A stretch of 64,000 nt of DNA from Candidatus Dojkabacteria bacterium UBA2022 (GTDB lineage Bacteria > Patescibacteriota > Dojkabacteria > SC72). This document shows positions 40,646 to 50,370 of this stretch, in pieces. Below the pieces are notes generated by a model that worked only from the letters and a program-made list of their open reading frames with translations, was not told the origin of the DNA and ran no database searches. Made by a program: the position numbers and the translations under genes. Where the stretch lies: positions 9,249-73,248 of the forward strand of contig DDBW01000002.1 in NCBI GenBank assembly GCA_002335495.1. Direction: 5' to 3'. Position 1 is the first letter of the stretch. Each line of letters starts with the position of its first letter.

Positions 40646-41892
40646 TAGCTACTATATTTACCTGAATTAGCAATTTTATCAAGGGCAAACAAAGTTAAGG
40701 AGGCGGGAGTGATATCGTATGTGTGGTTTAAGTCTCCACTTTCGTCAATAATATTGTCTAGTTTATCTGGATGTATAATCTCAATCTTAGGTACCGATGC
40801 GAATGGAAGAAGTTTGGTCCAAGGGAATTCCATCATTACTTCCTTAATTTCAGGTAGCAATGCACCTCCCCCGCAGAGGTATATTTTACTAGGTAGTGAT
40901 TCCAGCTCATCGGCAACCTCAAGGGATGATTTAAGGGCTTTCATCCAAACCTGAGATGTAGGATACATAACCTTTTTAACCTGTTTACCGAGCTTATCGT
41001 CAAGCTCGCCTTCTGCATATTTAACCTTCCTCAGTTCTGCATGTCTGTAATCAAGGTTAAGAGCTTTTGCTAATTGTTTTGTGAATACTCGCCCTCCGAA
41101 GGCGTACATCTGGGTATCCACTACACTCCCTCTTTGAACTACAGCCACATCTGATGTCCCTCCTCCAATATCAACAAATATTCCGGAGAAATCCTTAGAG
41201 CGGGCTCCTCTGAATGCTCTGGCTACAGCAAACGGTTGGGATACTATTCCTAGAAGGTTTAAGGAGAGAGATTTTGCTACATTCTGTAGTGCACTTGTAT
41301 ATGTTTTAGGTGCAAACGATGCGTAGAAGTATAGTTTTACATCCTTGCCTCTAAATCCTACTAGTGAATCTACACTCATTCCCCCTATCTCCATTCCAGT
41401 TATTGTTACATGAAGAATATCGATATCTTCATTTACCAACCCAGTTCTTCTTGCAAGATCTTCTTTGCCTGATTCCAGTATTTTGTTGTGTATTCTCGAG
41501 ATAATATCAGCTTGCTCTTTAGTGGTTACTTCTTCGTTAAATTTCTCTTCTCTCTCGTAGTTAACGATTATTGATACTCCTTGTATATATTCACCTGCTA
41601 TTCCCATCACAATATGCTTTGGGAGTTTAACCTCTTCCAGCCCATCTGAAATTTCGCGCATAGCTAACCTACAATTCTCAAGAACTGTATTAAGGTTCAT
41701 AATCATTCCCTTATCCATTGCATTTTGCTGCTGTTGGATACGCGCAACTTTTTCAACAACAATTTTGCCTTCCTCGTTAATATTAAAAAGGATTGCTTTA
41801 AGTACTTCTGTCCCAATATCAAGGGCAACTACTCGCTCGTCCTTTTCAACTTTCTTCTCAGATTTTTTTATGAGGTTTGGCAGTTTAATCAT
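40645..41892 (-). CDS. actin-like ATPase of the FtsA/PilM family
   Basis: Phosphate-1 'VVALDIGTEVLKA', phosphate-2 'GIFVDIGGGTSDVAVV' and adenosine 'LCGGGALLPEIK' motifs. The 415-aa length fits FtsA, but no ftsZ follows. Confidence 0.65.
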   Translation of the reverse strand: MIKLPNLIKKSEKKVEKDERVVALDIGTEVLKAILFNINEEGKIVVEKVARIQQQQNAMDKGMIMNLNTVLENCRLAMREISDGLEEVKLPKHIVMGIAGEYIQGVSIIVNYEREEKFNEEVTTKEQADIISRIHNKILESGKEDLARRTGLVNEDIDILHVTITGMEIGGMSVDSLVGFRGKDVKLYFYASFAPKTYTSALQNVAKSLSLNLLGIVSQPFAVARAFRGARSKDFSGIFVDIGGGTSDVAVVQRGSVVDTQMYAFGGRVFTKQLAKALNLDYRHAELRKVKYAEGELDDKLGKQVKKVMYPTSQVWMKALKSSLEVADELESLPSKIYLCGGGALLPEIKEVMMEFPWTKLLPFASVPKIEIIHPDKLDNIIDESGDLNHTYDITPASLTLFALDKIANSGKYSS

Positions 41893-41906
41893 ACTGTTTC
41901 AGTATA

Positions 41907-43493
41907 TCATTTTTTTATTGAAACTTTCTCTGTCGCATAGTGATTCTTTTTGACTCCCTTCCCTACCATCATCTCTGTTTGAGCTTGTACGTATGGTATG
42001 AAAGCAAACGTTAGCATATTGACTGTTACTACAAAGGTTTCCAGCATATCGAGGAACTTTCTAAAGATACTCCACTCATGAGGTGTTGGGGATATTTTGG
42101 TACGGATTATATATATAGGTATGTTTAGGAACATTACCGAGGTTAGTATTGCACTCATAATTCTCGGAAGGTTGTATGAGGCTGAGCTGTATTTAAACTC
42201 TGGACTTATTATAGTCAATATTGGGATTCCTAGTGTCAGTAGGTACACAACTGTTTTTAGAATCATCCTATCGTCAAACATCGTTAGGATTATTCTAAGC
42301 TTTCTCAAAAATGGAATTCTGTTGTTTTTATACAATCCTGCAAAAGTCATAGGGAATACTATTCCTCCCCACCCCCATCTTAACTGCTGTTTATACAGTG
42401 ATTTATGGGTTTTTATAAAGGTCGCGTTTTCCACGGCATCGTTATATGTAGGGATGTATACTTCTTCTCCTCCAAAGTCCCCGTCGAATCTGATTAAGGC
42501 GTTGTAGTAGAAGGCGGTGTCGTCGTTTGGAATCTGAGGATCCCAGTAGCCAACGTCATCTACGGTTTTGAGATTTACAACATATGACGACCAGGTCTCG
42601 TTTATCTTCTTTGCAAATACCCATTGGTGCATGACTGCTAAAGTCAAGAAGCTAGAGAATGTTCTTATTAATGTAGGGACCCTATATAGGTTGTTGTTGA
42701 AATTATGAACGGCGGTTGCGTAGAACTTTCTAAGTCTATTCGGATTATTCAGGTATTTATATGTTATGGATGACATATATTTAGGGTGAGGGCGCAAATC
42801 GCTGTCACATGTAATCAATAGGTATTCTTCAAGCTTCTCTCCTCTGCTTTTTACTAGCTCACTGAAGTGTCTGCCCGACCAATTAATGTTGGGATTTTTT
42901 ACACCAACCACCTCCCCCTCTATATCCTGGGGGTGTATATATTTGATCATCTCCCTAAATACTCCCTTATATTTCCTTTCCAAATGCTCAATATTATCTT
43001 TGATACTTTCGTAGAATCTCTCTTCTAGAGCAAACACTAGAGATATCTTATCTGCACCAATATCTTGAGCCGCCCATGCATCAAGAGATGGTTCTAATAC
43101 ATCTAGACCTTCTGATGTAACCGGGAAGAGAAATGCATACTTAACCTCTTTGCGTGGAAGATTTTCCTGATCCATTTTTGCAACCCAGTCTATTGAAGTT
43201 TCTTTAATATATCTTCGATATGCAATGATTATTGCTGTTACGAATTTGAAACCTTTCAGCGCCCAATATACCGTTAAAAATGCAATATATCCCACTAAAA
43301 TTTCTGGATACCCAAGAAACCCTACGGCAAACGGTAGTAATAGGAAGAACCAGGTTATTACTCCTGGAATGGCCTCAAATACCTTGGTGTACCATCGCGG
43401 TACTCCTATTGGATACCCATTTTCACGGTCAATGGGTCTTAGGTGTTGAGGTTTAATAACCGCTACCTTTGTTCCCTTATCCATACTAAACAA
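41907..43493 (-). CDS. processive family-2 glycosyltransferase (cellulose/chitin/hyaluronan-synthase-like)
   Basis: 'LITCDSDL' (D,D), 'NDDTAF', and the 'QQLRWGWGG' QxxRW motif. N-terminal and C-terminal TM helices. Confidence 0.6.
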   Translation of the reverse strand: MFSMDKGTKVAVIKPQHLRPIDRENGYPIGVPRWYTKVFEAIPGVITWFFLLLPFAVGFLGYPEILVGYIAFLTVYWALKGFKFVTAIIIAYRRYIKETSIDWVAKMDQENLPRKEVKYAFLFPVTSEGLDVLEPSLDAWAAQDIGADKISLVFALEERFYESIKDNIEHLERKYKGVFREMIKYIHPQDIEGEVVGVKNPNINWSGRHFSELVKSRGEKLEEYLLITCDSDLRPHPKYMSSITYKYLNNPNRLRKFYATAVHNFNNNLYRVPTLIRTFSSFLTLAVMHQWVFAKKINETWSSYVVNLKTVDDVGYWDPQIPNDDTAFYYNALIRFDGDFGGEEVYIPTYNDAVENATFIKTHKSLYKQQLRWGWGGIVFPMTFAGLYKNNRIPFLRKLRIILTMFDDRMILKTVVYLLTLGIPILTIISPEFKYSSASYNLPRIMSAILTSVMFLNIPIYIIRTKISPTPHEWSIFRKFLDMLETFVVTVNMLTFAFIPYVQAQTEMMVGKGVKKNHYATEKVSIKK

Positions 43494-45159
43494 TAACGGG
43501 TAATATTATTGGCTCACGTTCCGTTAGCTTGTAAATATATTTTCGAGTTCTTCTCTCTATCTCTGCTATTAAATCGTCCTCGCTCGCTTTTCGCTTCTTC
43601 CATTTATCCATCCATTCTCTATGTGTATCCATACAGATAGTTTCAATCTCTTTAAGAAGTTTCTGTGAGGTTTTCATGTATACAAATCCTCTTGATACAA
43701 ATCGTGGTCGTGACATAAATCTCTTATCTCTCTGGTTTAGGTTCATCACTATAATGAACATCCCATATTCAGCAAGTTGAGCTCTGTCTTTTAGAACAAT
43801 ATCTCCTGTATCCCCCACTCCGAGTCCATCTATTAGGATTGGTTTGGATTCTACTTTAACCCCTCTTCGCACTTCCCCTTTACTGATAACCCAAGTTTGT
43901 CCATCTTCTGTAAGCATTACCTTGTTAGGATCATGTCCCCATTTTACATAATTCTTTTTACCCTGATACCTATATGTTAAGGATCCGTGGACTGGCATAA
44001 TGTACTTAGGTTGGATCATGTCATTAAGGATTTTCATATCTTCTTTTAATCCATGCCCACTGGAATGTACGCTTGCTTCAGAGTTGTTGATCAGTTCTAT
44101 TCCTTGGGTTATTAATCCGTCTGTCATTTTTTCAATTTTCTCTCCGTTTCCTGGAACTTCTGAGGCCGACATAATTACCAAATCCCCCGGTTTTGCTTTG
44201 AGATACTTATGTTCACGCATTGCTAGCCTGTTTAGAGCTGCATATCTTTCTCCCTGGCTCCCTGTTGAAAGAATTAAAATTTTATCGTCAGGATATTTCC
44301 CAATACTAAATTCAGGAACAAATATATCATCAGGAACATCTATATATTTATATTGTCTTGCGACCCTTATTGTTGTGTGTAAGCTTCTTCCTGAAAGGAC
44401 GACTTTTCTTCCTGTCTCCTGTGCAATCTTTATGACAGAAGCGAGTCTAGTTACTAGAGATGCAAAGGCGGCAACAATAACTCTTCCTTTATGGTTTTTA
44501 ATGATATCTCTAGTTGTCTGTACCGCAATTGATTCTGCAAGAGCTCTACCTTCTCTATATACATTGGTACTGTCGTATAGGGCAACGTCAACTTTCCCTT
44601 TAAGGGCTTTCATTGCTTCTACATCCATTAACTCCTCATCAATTTTATAGTCTCCAGAGAAGAATATAGTACCTGCGGGGGTACTTACATATATTGAGTA
44701 TGAGTCTGGAATGCTGTGAGTGGTCGTAATATATTGGATGTTGAAGTTTGAAATTTTGAAATTGGATGTTTTATTTATTTCTACAAATTTAACTTTTTTA
44801 TCCAATCCTTTCTCTTCTAACTTCTCTTTTAGTATTGCAAGTCCAAAGGGTCCTCCATAGATGGTTGGGAAGCCTAGGTCTTCAATTATATAGGGAATTG
44901 CTCCTATGTGGTCTAAGTGGCCGTGAGTGAGGAGGATTCCTTTAATATGTTTCTTCTTTGCTTTGAGTTCCTTCATGTTTGGAATCAAATAATCGATTCC
45001 ATACATCTCTTGCCCGGGGAAAGAAAATCCCGCGTCTATAATCAGTATATCTCCTTTATATTCGATATAGTTACAGTTTCTACCTCCTGTTTCGTTCGTA
45101 CCAGAAAGGGTACAGAGAGTGAGGTTATCCTCTCTTTCTTTTCTATTAAAATACTTCAT
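43486..45159 (-). CDS. rnj: ribonuclease J (metallo-beta-lactamase/beta-CASP)
   Basis: 'ILLTHGHLDHIGAIPY' (HxHxDH) plus beta-CASP motifs and a C-terminal domain. 557 aa. Confidence 0.85.
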   Translation of the reverse strand: MKYFNRKEREDNLTLCTLSGTNETGGRNCNYIEYKGDILIIDAGFSFPGQEMYGIDYLIPNMKELKAKKKHIKGILLTHGHLDHIGAIPYIIEDLGFPTIYGGPFGLAILKEKLEEKGLDKKVKFVEINKTSNFKISNFNIQYITTTHSIPDSYSIYVSTPAGTIFFSGDYKIDEELMDVEAMKALKGKVDVALYDSTNVYREGRALAESIAVQTTRDIIKNHKGRVIVAAFASLVTRLASVIKIAQETGRKVVLSGRSLHTTIRVARQYKYIDVPDDIFVPEFSIGKYPDDKILILSTGSQGERYAALNRLAMREHKYLKAKPGDLVIMSASEVPGNGEKIEKMTDGLITQGIELINNSEASVHSSGHGLKEDMKILNDMIQPKYIMPVHGSLTYRYQGKKNYVKWGHDPNKVMLTEDGQTWVISKGEVRRGVKVESKPILIDGLGVGDTGDIVLKDRAQLAEYGMFIIVMNLNQRDKRFMSRPRFVSRGFVYMKTSQKLLKEIETICMDTHREWMDKWKKRKASEDDLIAEIERRTRKYIYKLTEREPIILPVIV

Positions 45160-45332
45160 ATGAGGTATTATAGCATTAATATCCTCTATGTAATTAATAG
45201 AATAAATTTTGAATTATGAAAGTCCCATATTCAGTTTATGGTTTTCTGAGTTATTAAGTAGTTTGTGAGTTATTATCAATTGAATTAGCTTCTCCAAGTC
45301 TTTTTGAGTGATATTCTCCGGGACGAGTTGGG

Positions 45333-45875
45333 TTAAACCCATGTATGCAGGAATGTTCGACTTTTCCCCTGTGTAATTAATTCTGCGAATACCAGTGACG
45401 TTAGACGCACTATTGCTCTATTTGTTTCATTGGCAATTTCAGGAGGTAAGATCAGAGATATTATTCTTTCTTGAACAGCTTCAAATGCTAAATATCTATT
45501 TAGGGTTAACGCGGGAAAGTTAAAGGCCATAGTCATTGCCGATTTCTCTTGAATGGCATCTAATACTTCCTTATACTCAATTGATGTATTTCTTCCAATA
45601 ATTAAAGAATACATAGCGAGTATCTCAACTAACCCTACTGTCTCTCCCATCTCACGAATGAAGACTCCTCTTTCATACAAAACATTTCTATCTTCGTTAT
45701 GCTCGTAGCCATATCTTTCTCCGTAAAATAGTTGAAAGCCAATTGTTGCAAAGGTGGTTATAAATAGTTCATGTATCTTTTCTTCGCTTTCAAGTATGTC
45801 AGCACACTGCATTCCAACTCTTTCGTCATCGAATCCGGCTACTGTAAATACTCTTTCTCTTTGACTTATTGCCAT
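45333..45875 (-). CDS. hypothetical protein (180 aa)
   Basis: Intact ORF. No recognisable motif. Confidence 0.4.
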   Translation of the reverse strand: MAISQRERVFTVAGFDDERVGMQCADILESEEKIHELFITTFATIGFQLFYGERYGYEHNEDRNVLYERGVFIREMGETVGLVEILAMYSLIIGRNTSIEYKEVLDAIQEKSAMTMAFNFPALTLNRYLAFEAVQERIISLILPPEIANETNRAIVRLTSLVFAELITQGKSRTFLHTWV

Positions 45876-45895
45876 ATCATATAGACTCTATAATA

Positions 45896-46417
45896 TTAAA
45901 ACTTTTCTGGCGGTGTAAACGACTCCTCAAAAGTACTCCTATGCTCTTTCTGTTGGAATATTGCATTAAGTATTCCTTCGTAATCATCTCCTGTCATATT
46001 AATAAAATCATCGCTTTGTATTGCTGCTCCCAATGTAGGAAAAAGGTGCTGAGAGTCGTATGATTTTCGCTCGTTTTCAATTGTCATTGGCCTTCCGAGA
46101 GTGTTTCTTTGCGCCATCCGTATAACTGCTTCCTCGTCTTCATTCCCATTCATTATTTCTATTGAGTACATTCTACATACTGAGAATGTATATCCCTGTT
46201 CCTCCCTTTTTATTACAATATATGCGTGTTGAGTTACTTGAGTTCTACTATCCGTAGAAGCAATAATATAGTGGTCGCCATGCCTTACCATTTTAACCAA
46301 TTCCAAATCGTCCATCGTAGGGACTTCATGTCCTCTCAATGTATTTTCTGCAATATCGGTTACTAGTATCTCTTTCTTCACTTCCACTGGTAACTCCAAA
46401 AATCTAGCGTATCTCAT
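45896..46417 (-). CDS. hypothetical protein (about 173 aa)
   Basis: The ORF extends to 46540, but the internal Met ('MRYARFLELP') avoids overlap with the divergent gene. No recognisable motif. Confidence 0.35.
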   Translation of the reverse strand: MRYARFLELPVEVKKEILVTDIAENTLRGHEVPTMDDLELVKMVRHGDHYIIASTDSRTQVTQHAYIVIKREEQGYTFSVCRMYSIEIMNGNEDEEAVIRMAQRNTLGRPMTIENERKSYDSQHLFPTLGAAIQSDDFINMTGDDYEGILNAIFQQKEHRSTFEESFTPPEKF

Positions 46418-46461
46418 ATTTAATAAGTTTGTATAAATAAATATGAATATTATAGGCTTAT

Positions 46462-47445
46462 TTGTGGTATAATCTTGACATGAAAATGACGTATCCAAAG
46501 GTAAAAATAGTATCTGGAATAGATATCGATTCTCAAGCATACTTTGATAACCTTTCTGATCTTAAAGATGTTTTTTTTAGAGAGAAACTATATTTGATTC
46601 TCCCCTATCTATCTAAACAAAAATATATAGCAGGGAAAACAGTTTACTTACCAAAGTTATATGGAGAAAAATCCCCTTCCCTTTCGCTCTCTAAGAACGA
46701 AATTATGGAAGGACTTAAAAAACATAAGGTTGATAACGGTATATACGAAAATTATTTTAAGGATAATTTTAAGAACTTTTGGAGTGATCTTTCTTCTATC
46801 ATTCCTATAACTAGTTTACTGAAGGTTGGAAGCATCGTAGTTGAGGTATCGAATGTTGGATCAGGGGGAAGGTGTTTTACAGAGAGTTATGGCAAAGGAG
46901 TATTGGGTCTTCGCATACGTAGCGATATGCCTTTAAACCAACTCTTTTCATTAATCTTAATGGGGGTTCTTAATATTAATGGGTTCAACAGTAATTTTAC
47001 ATGGGAAGAGATGACTGCTTTAAGGGATTGGTTGATGGAGAGTTCTGTTTTATCTAAATACTTTATTAAAGACTTTTCAATGTTGAAAGGTTTGAGAAAG
47101 AACATTCAACAAGGGAAGTATTTTATAGATTCCCAAAACTATCTTAAAGAGATTGGAATAGTAAGTGATATTAATGTGGTTGATACCAAGGTTAATATTA
47201 ATGGACAAACTCTTACATTGGGAGATAAAGAGGGAAAGATTCTTTCGTTACTTATCGCAAATAAGGGAAAGGTTGTTAGCTATGATGATATTTTCAAAGG
47301 AGTTTGGGGAGAGAATGTAGATAAATTTTCTCTCTATTCAATATCAAAACTAGTTGAAAGAGTCAGAAAGAAATTGTTAAAAGGAAAAATCAATAACCTT
47401 GTAATACAGGCGTATAAGGGAAAGGGATATTATGCAAAATTATAG
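46462..47445 (+). CDS. transcriptional regulator with C-terminal OmpR/PhoB-type winged helix and no receiver domain
   Basis: C-terminus 'LTLGDKEGKILSLLIANKGKVVSYDDIFKGVWGE...SISKLVERVRKKL' matches the trans_reg_C pattern. The N-terminal 230 aa are unrecognised. Confidence 0.5.
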   Translation: MWYNLDMKMTYPKVKIVSGIDIDSQAYFDNLSDLKDVFFREKLYLILPYLSKQKYIAGKTVYLPKLYGEKSPSLSLSKNEIMEGLKKHKVDNGIYENYFKDNFKNFWSDLSSIIPITSLLKVGSIVVEVSNVGSGGRCFTESYGKGVLGLRIRSDMPLNQLFSLILMGVLNINGFNSNFTWEEMTALRDWLMESSVLSKYFIKDFSMLKGLRKNIQQGKYFIDSQNYLKEIGIVSDINVVDTKVNINGQTLTLGDKEGKILSLLIANKGKVVSYDDIFKGVWGENVDKFSLYSISKLVERVRKKLLKGKINNLVIQAYKGKGYYAKL

Positions 47446-47761
47446 TAGTAGTGAGAACCCTCCCAATCTAGAAATTTTAGCGAAAGGCTCACTTGTTATT
47501 TCCACACAAGAAATTTCTGTTAGATCTGGGAGGTTTGTACCAGTTGGGAGCTGGGGGGTTGTCACTGATATCCACGAAGAAGAGGGTGATTCTGTTTACT
47601 CCGTTACATTCTATAAAAAAGCTAATCGAGTGCTTAGAGGGGATCTAATACATATGTATATATTGGGTGAGTATCTACGCCCAGCTGGTCTTCTTGAGAT
47701 AGAGGGTCTGGATATGGAACAGTATCGGACTCTTATTTCTATAATGGCACAGTTTGACTAG
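47432..47761 (+). CDS. hypothetical protein (109 aa)
   Basis: ORF overlapping the upstream stop by 14 nt. No motif. Confidence 0.3.
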   Translation: MQNYSSSENPPNLEILAKGSLVISTQEISVRSGRFVPVGSWGVVTDIHEEEGDSVYSVTFYKKANRVLRGDLIHMYILGEYLRPAGLLEIEGLDMEQYRTLISIMAQFD

Positions 47762-47789
47762 TTTTAGTTGTTCGTATAGCTCTATTTTG

Positions 47790-48020
47790 ATATAATCCCT
47801 TAACCGTTATTACAGAGCTTGTCCCTCTGGAGGTCTGAGAAGAACTGTATATACAGGGTAGAACTCAGCAGAAGGTGAACTGCAAATTCATCCCCATATA
47901 TAAATGTATGGATTAAGTCTATATTAGTAATGATATAGAGAAACAAGGTGGTACCACGGAATATCCGTCCTTGGCTAAGTATAAACAATGTTTATGTTTA
48001 GTCGAGGACGTTTTTTATTT
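47790..48020 (+). promoter_or_regulatory. T-box leader (tRNA-sensing riboswitch) with intrinsic terminator, upstream of valS
   Basis: Conserved T-box sequence 'AAGGUGGUACCACGG' at 47944-47960, followed by a terminator hairpin (CGUCCU...AGGACG) and a U6 tract ending about 48016. valS is a classical T-box-regulated gene in Gram-positive-type bacteria. Confidence 0.5.
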
Positions 48021-48039
48021 TATATAACTAATAATTACT

Positions 48040-50349
48040 ATGAAGAGTACAAAAGCCGAACTAATACCTAAAGCATTTGATTCTAAATCGCAGGAAGAAA
48101 GTCTATATAAGCTCTGGGAAGAGAGCGGATACTTTAAACCGGATAACGTACAGAAGTATCTTGAAAATAGTAATAAAGAGGTTCAGAAACCCTTTGTTAT
48201 GACCCTACCCCCTCCAAATGCAAACGGAGATCTGCACATGGGACATACATGTGGATACTCCTTCCATGATGCAATGGGTCGATTTAATAGAATGACTGGA
48301 CATCCAACTCTCTTAATCGCAGGGAAGGATCACGCTGGAATTCAGACCGAGACAGTTTTCACCAAAAGGCTCAGAGCTGAAGGAATCGATAAGTGGGATT
48401 TGGGAAGAGAAGAATTTAATAAAAGGTGTTATGAATTCTGCTTGAACGCTGCGGACAATGCAAGAAGTCAGGAAAAGAGAATTGGGCTTTCAGCCGATTG
48501 GGATAGTGAGTTCTTTACCCTAGACCCAAGATTAACCGATGTAATATACGAAACATTCTTTAAGATGTTGGAAGATGGTTTGGTTTATAGAGATAAGAGG
48601 ATAATTAATCAATGTCCACACTGTAGAACTGCATTGGCTGATATTGATACCTACCACAAGGAACTTCCCGGAGTATTTGTTTACATGGTATATCCATTTG
48701 TTGACGAAGCGGATAAGGAGCTTGCGAAGAAGAAGTTTGGAGCTGAAGGAATTACTGTTGCTACAACCCGTCCTGAAACTATGCTTGGAGACACTGCTGT
48801 TGCGGTCAATCCAAACGATGAGAGGTATAAAGAGTTTATAGGAAAGAAAGTCCTCCTCCCTATAGCAAATCGTGAGATCCCGGTTATCGCTGATGATGCA
48901 ATTGATATCGAAACCGGAACAGGTGCCCTCAAGGTCACTCCTGCTCATTCCCCAATCGATTTTGAAATTGCCCAAAGACACAACCTTGAAATCATTAATG
49001 TTATTAATGAAGAAGGTAAGATGTCGGGTAAAGTTCCTGAAAGATTTTTAGGAATGGAGACGATTGATTGCTCTAAGGCTTTAGTTAAAGAGCTTCAGGA
49101 GTTAGGGCTATTTGTAAACTTAGAGAGAATCAAGCATGAGGTTGCCGTATGTGAAAGATGTGATACTCCTATCCAACCGATTATCTCTTTCCAGTGGTAT
49201 GTTAATACCAAGCCTTTGGCAGAAAAAGCTCTAGAAGCTTTAAATACAGGCGCTACCAAAGTTATTCCGGAAGGGCAACAGAAAGCTCTTACATACTTCT
49301 TTGAAAATATTCAACCATGGTGTATTTCAAGGCAGTTATGGTGGGGACATAGAATTCCGGTATGGTATAGCGGAAGTAAGGAGTTACATGATTGGTTGAT
49401 GGATAATCCTGGTAAAACTACTCAGGATTTTGAGAAAGAGGTAGGTAAGGAGGCTCATGGAAGTGGTAAGGTCTTTGCTTCTGTTGAGAAACCAAATGTC
49501 GATCCAGATTGGGATAATGAGAAAAACTTAGAGTTTGAAGCTGAGCAGGATGTTTTTGATACCTGGTTTAGTTCAGGACAGTGGCCATTTTCAACTACAA
49601 CCTCTATTGGAGGATTTGATAAATATTTCCCAACTGATGTGATGGTACACGCTAGGGATATTCTTTTCTGGTGGAGCGCAAGAATGATGATGTTGAGCTT
49701 GTATAGAACTGGTAAAACCCCTTTCCATACAGTCTTCTTGCATGGAATTATAAATGCTCCTGATGGAACGAAAATGTCGAAATCTAGAGGTAACACCGTC
49801 TCGCCCGTTGAACTGTTTGATAAATATGGAGTGGATTCACTCCGTCTATGGTACTACTCCGATGCCCTGCCTGGTGCTAATGCTCCGTTGAGGGAGGAAA
49901 AGATTAAAGGTAATCGAAATTTTGTAAATAAAATATGGAATGCGAGTAGGTTTGTTTTAATGAATATTGATGATAGTGAGTTAGATAGCATTAGGGATAG
50001 ACTAGAAAAAGCTGGGTTTGATGGAGAGAGAGTTAATGCAAATAAAGAGCATGTAGGAAAGGTTGTAGAGTATTTGAGCAAGCATCAGTACAATCTTGGA
50101 ACAGAGCAGATTAGAGAGTTCTTCTGGCATGAGTACTGTGATAAATGGATTGAGGAAGTAAAGGCTGCTATCAAAGATGAGCAGGTTGGATCAGAGAAGA
50201 GGATAGAACTTCTTTCTGAGCTAGTATTCCTTCTTAAAGAGAATCTAAAAATTATGCATCCATTCATTCCTTATATTACAGAAGCTGTATGGCAGGAGCT
50301 AGTGAAGCTTGAGCTTGCTGATGGAATATTAATGATTCAGCAAATATAA
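48040..50349 (+). CDS. valS: valyl-tRNA synthetase
   Basis: HIGH 'PPPNANGDLHMGHTCGY', KMSKS 'KMSKSRGN', editing domain. 769 aa, so short, and the usual C-terminal coiled-coil appears absent. Confidence 0.9.
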   Translation: MKSTKAELIPKAFDSKSQEESLYKLWEESGYFKPDNVQKYLENSNKEVQKPFVMTLPPPNANGDLHMGHTCGYSFHDAMGRFNRMTGHPTLLIAGKDHAGIQTETVFTKRLRAEGIDKWDLGREEFNKRCYEFCLNAADNARSQEKRIGLSADWDSEFFTLDPRLTDVIYETFFKMLEDGLVYRDKRIINQCPHCRTALADIDTYHKELPGVFVYMVYPFVDEADKELAKKKFGAEGITVATTRPETMLGDTAVAVNPNDERYKEFIGKKVLLPIANREIPVIADDAIDIETGTGALKVTPAHSPIDFEIAQRHNLEIINVINEEGKMSGKVPERFLGMETIDCSKALVKELQELGLFVNLERIKHEVAVCERCDTPIQPIISFQWYVNTKPLAEKALEALNTGATKVIPEGQQKALTYFFENIQPWCISRQLWWGHRIPVWYSGSKELHDWLMDNPGKTTQDFEKEVGKEAHGSGKVFASVEKPNVDPDWDNEKNLEFEAEQDVFDTWFSSGQWPFSTTTSIGGFDKYFPTDVMVHARDILFWWSARMMMLSLYRTGKTPFHTVFLHGIINAPDGTKMSKSRGNTVSPVELFDKYGVDSLRLWYYSDALPGANAPLREEKIKGNRNFVNKIWNASRFVLMNIDDSELDSIRDRLEKAGFDGERVNANKEHVGKVVEYLSKHQYNLGTEQIREFFWHEYCDKWIEEVKAAIKDEQVGSEKRIELLSELVFLLKENLKIMHPFIPYITEAVWQELVKLELADGILMIQQI

Positions 50350-50370
50350 ATTAATATATCACTATACATT

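Noticed and set aside
39642-40670. 342-aa ORF on the + strand, Ser/Leu/Phe-rich
   Set aside because: It lies entirely antisense to the 673-aa E/K-rich gene. Its low-complexity composition is the expected mirror of a GAA/AAG-rich coding strand. No motifs.
44000-44650. 216-aa + strand ORF
   Set aside because: Antisense inside rnj, which has strong conserved motifs. No independent signals.
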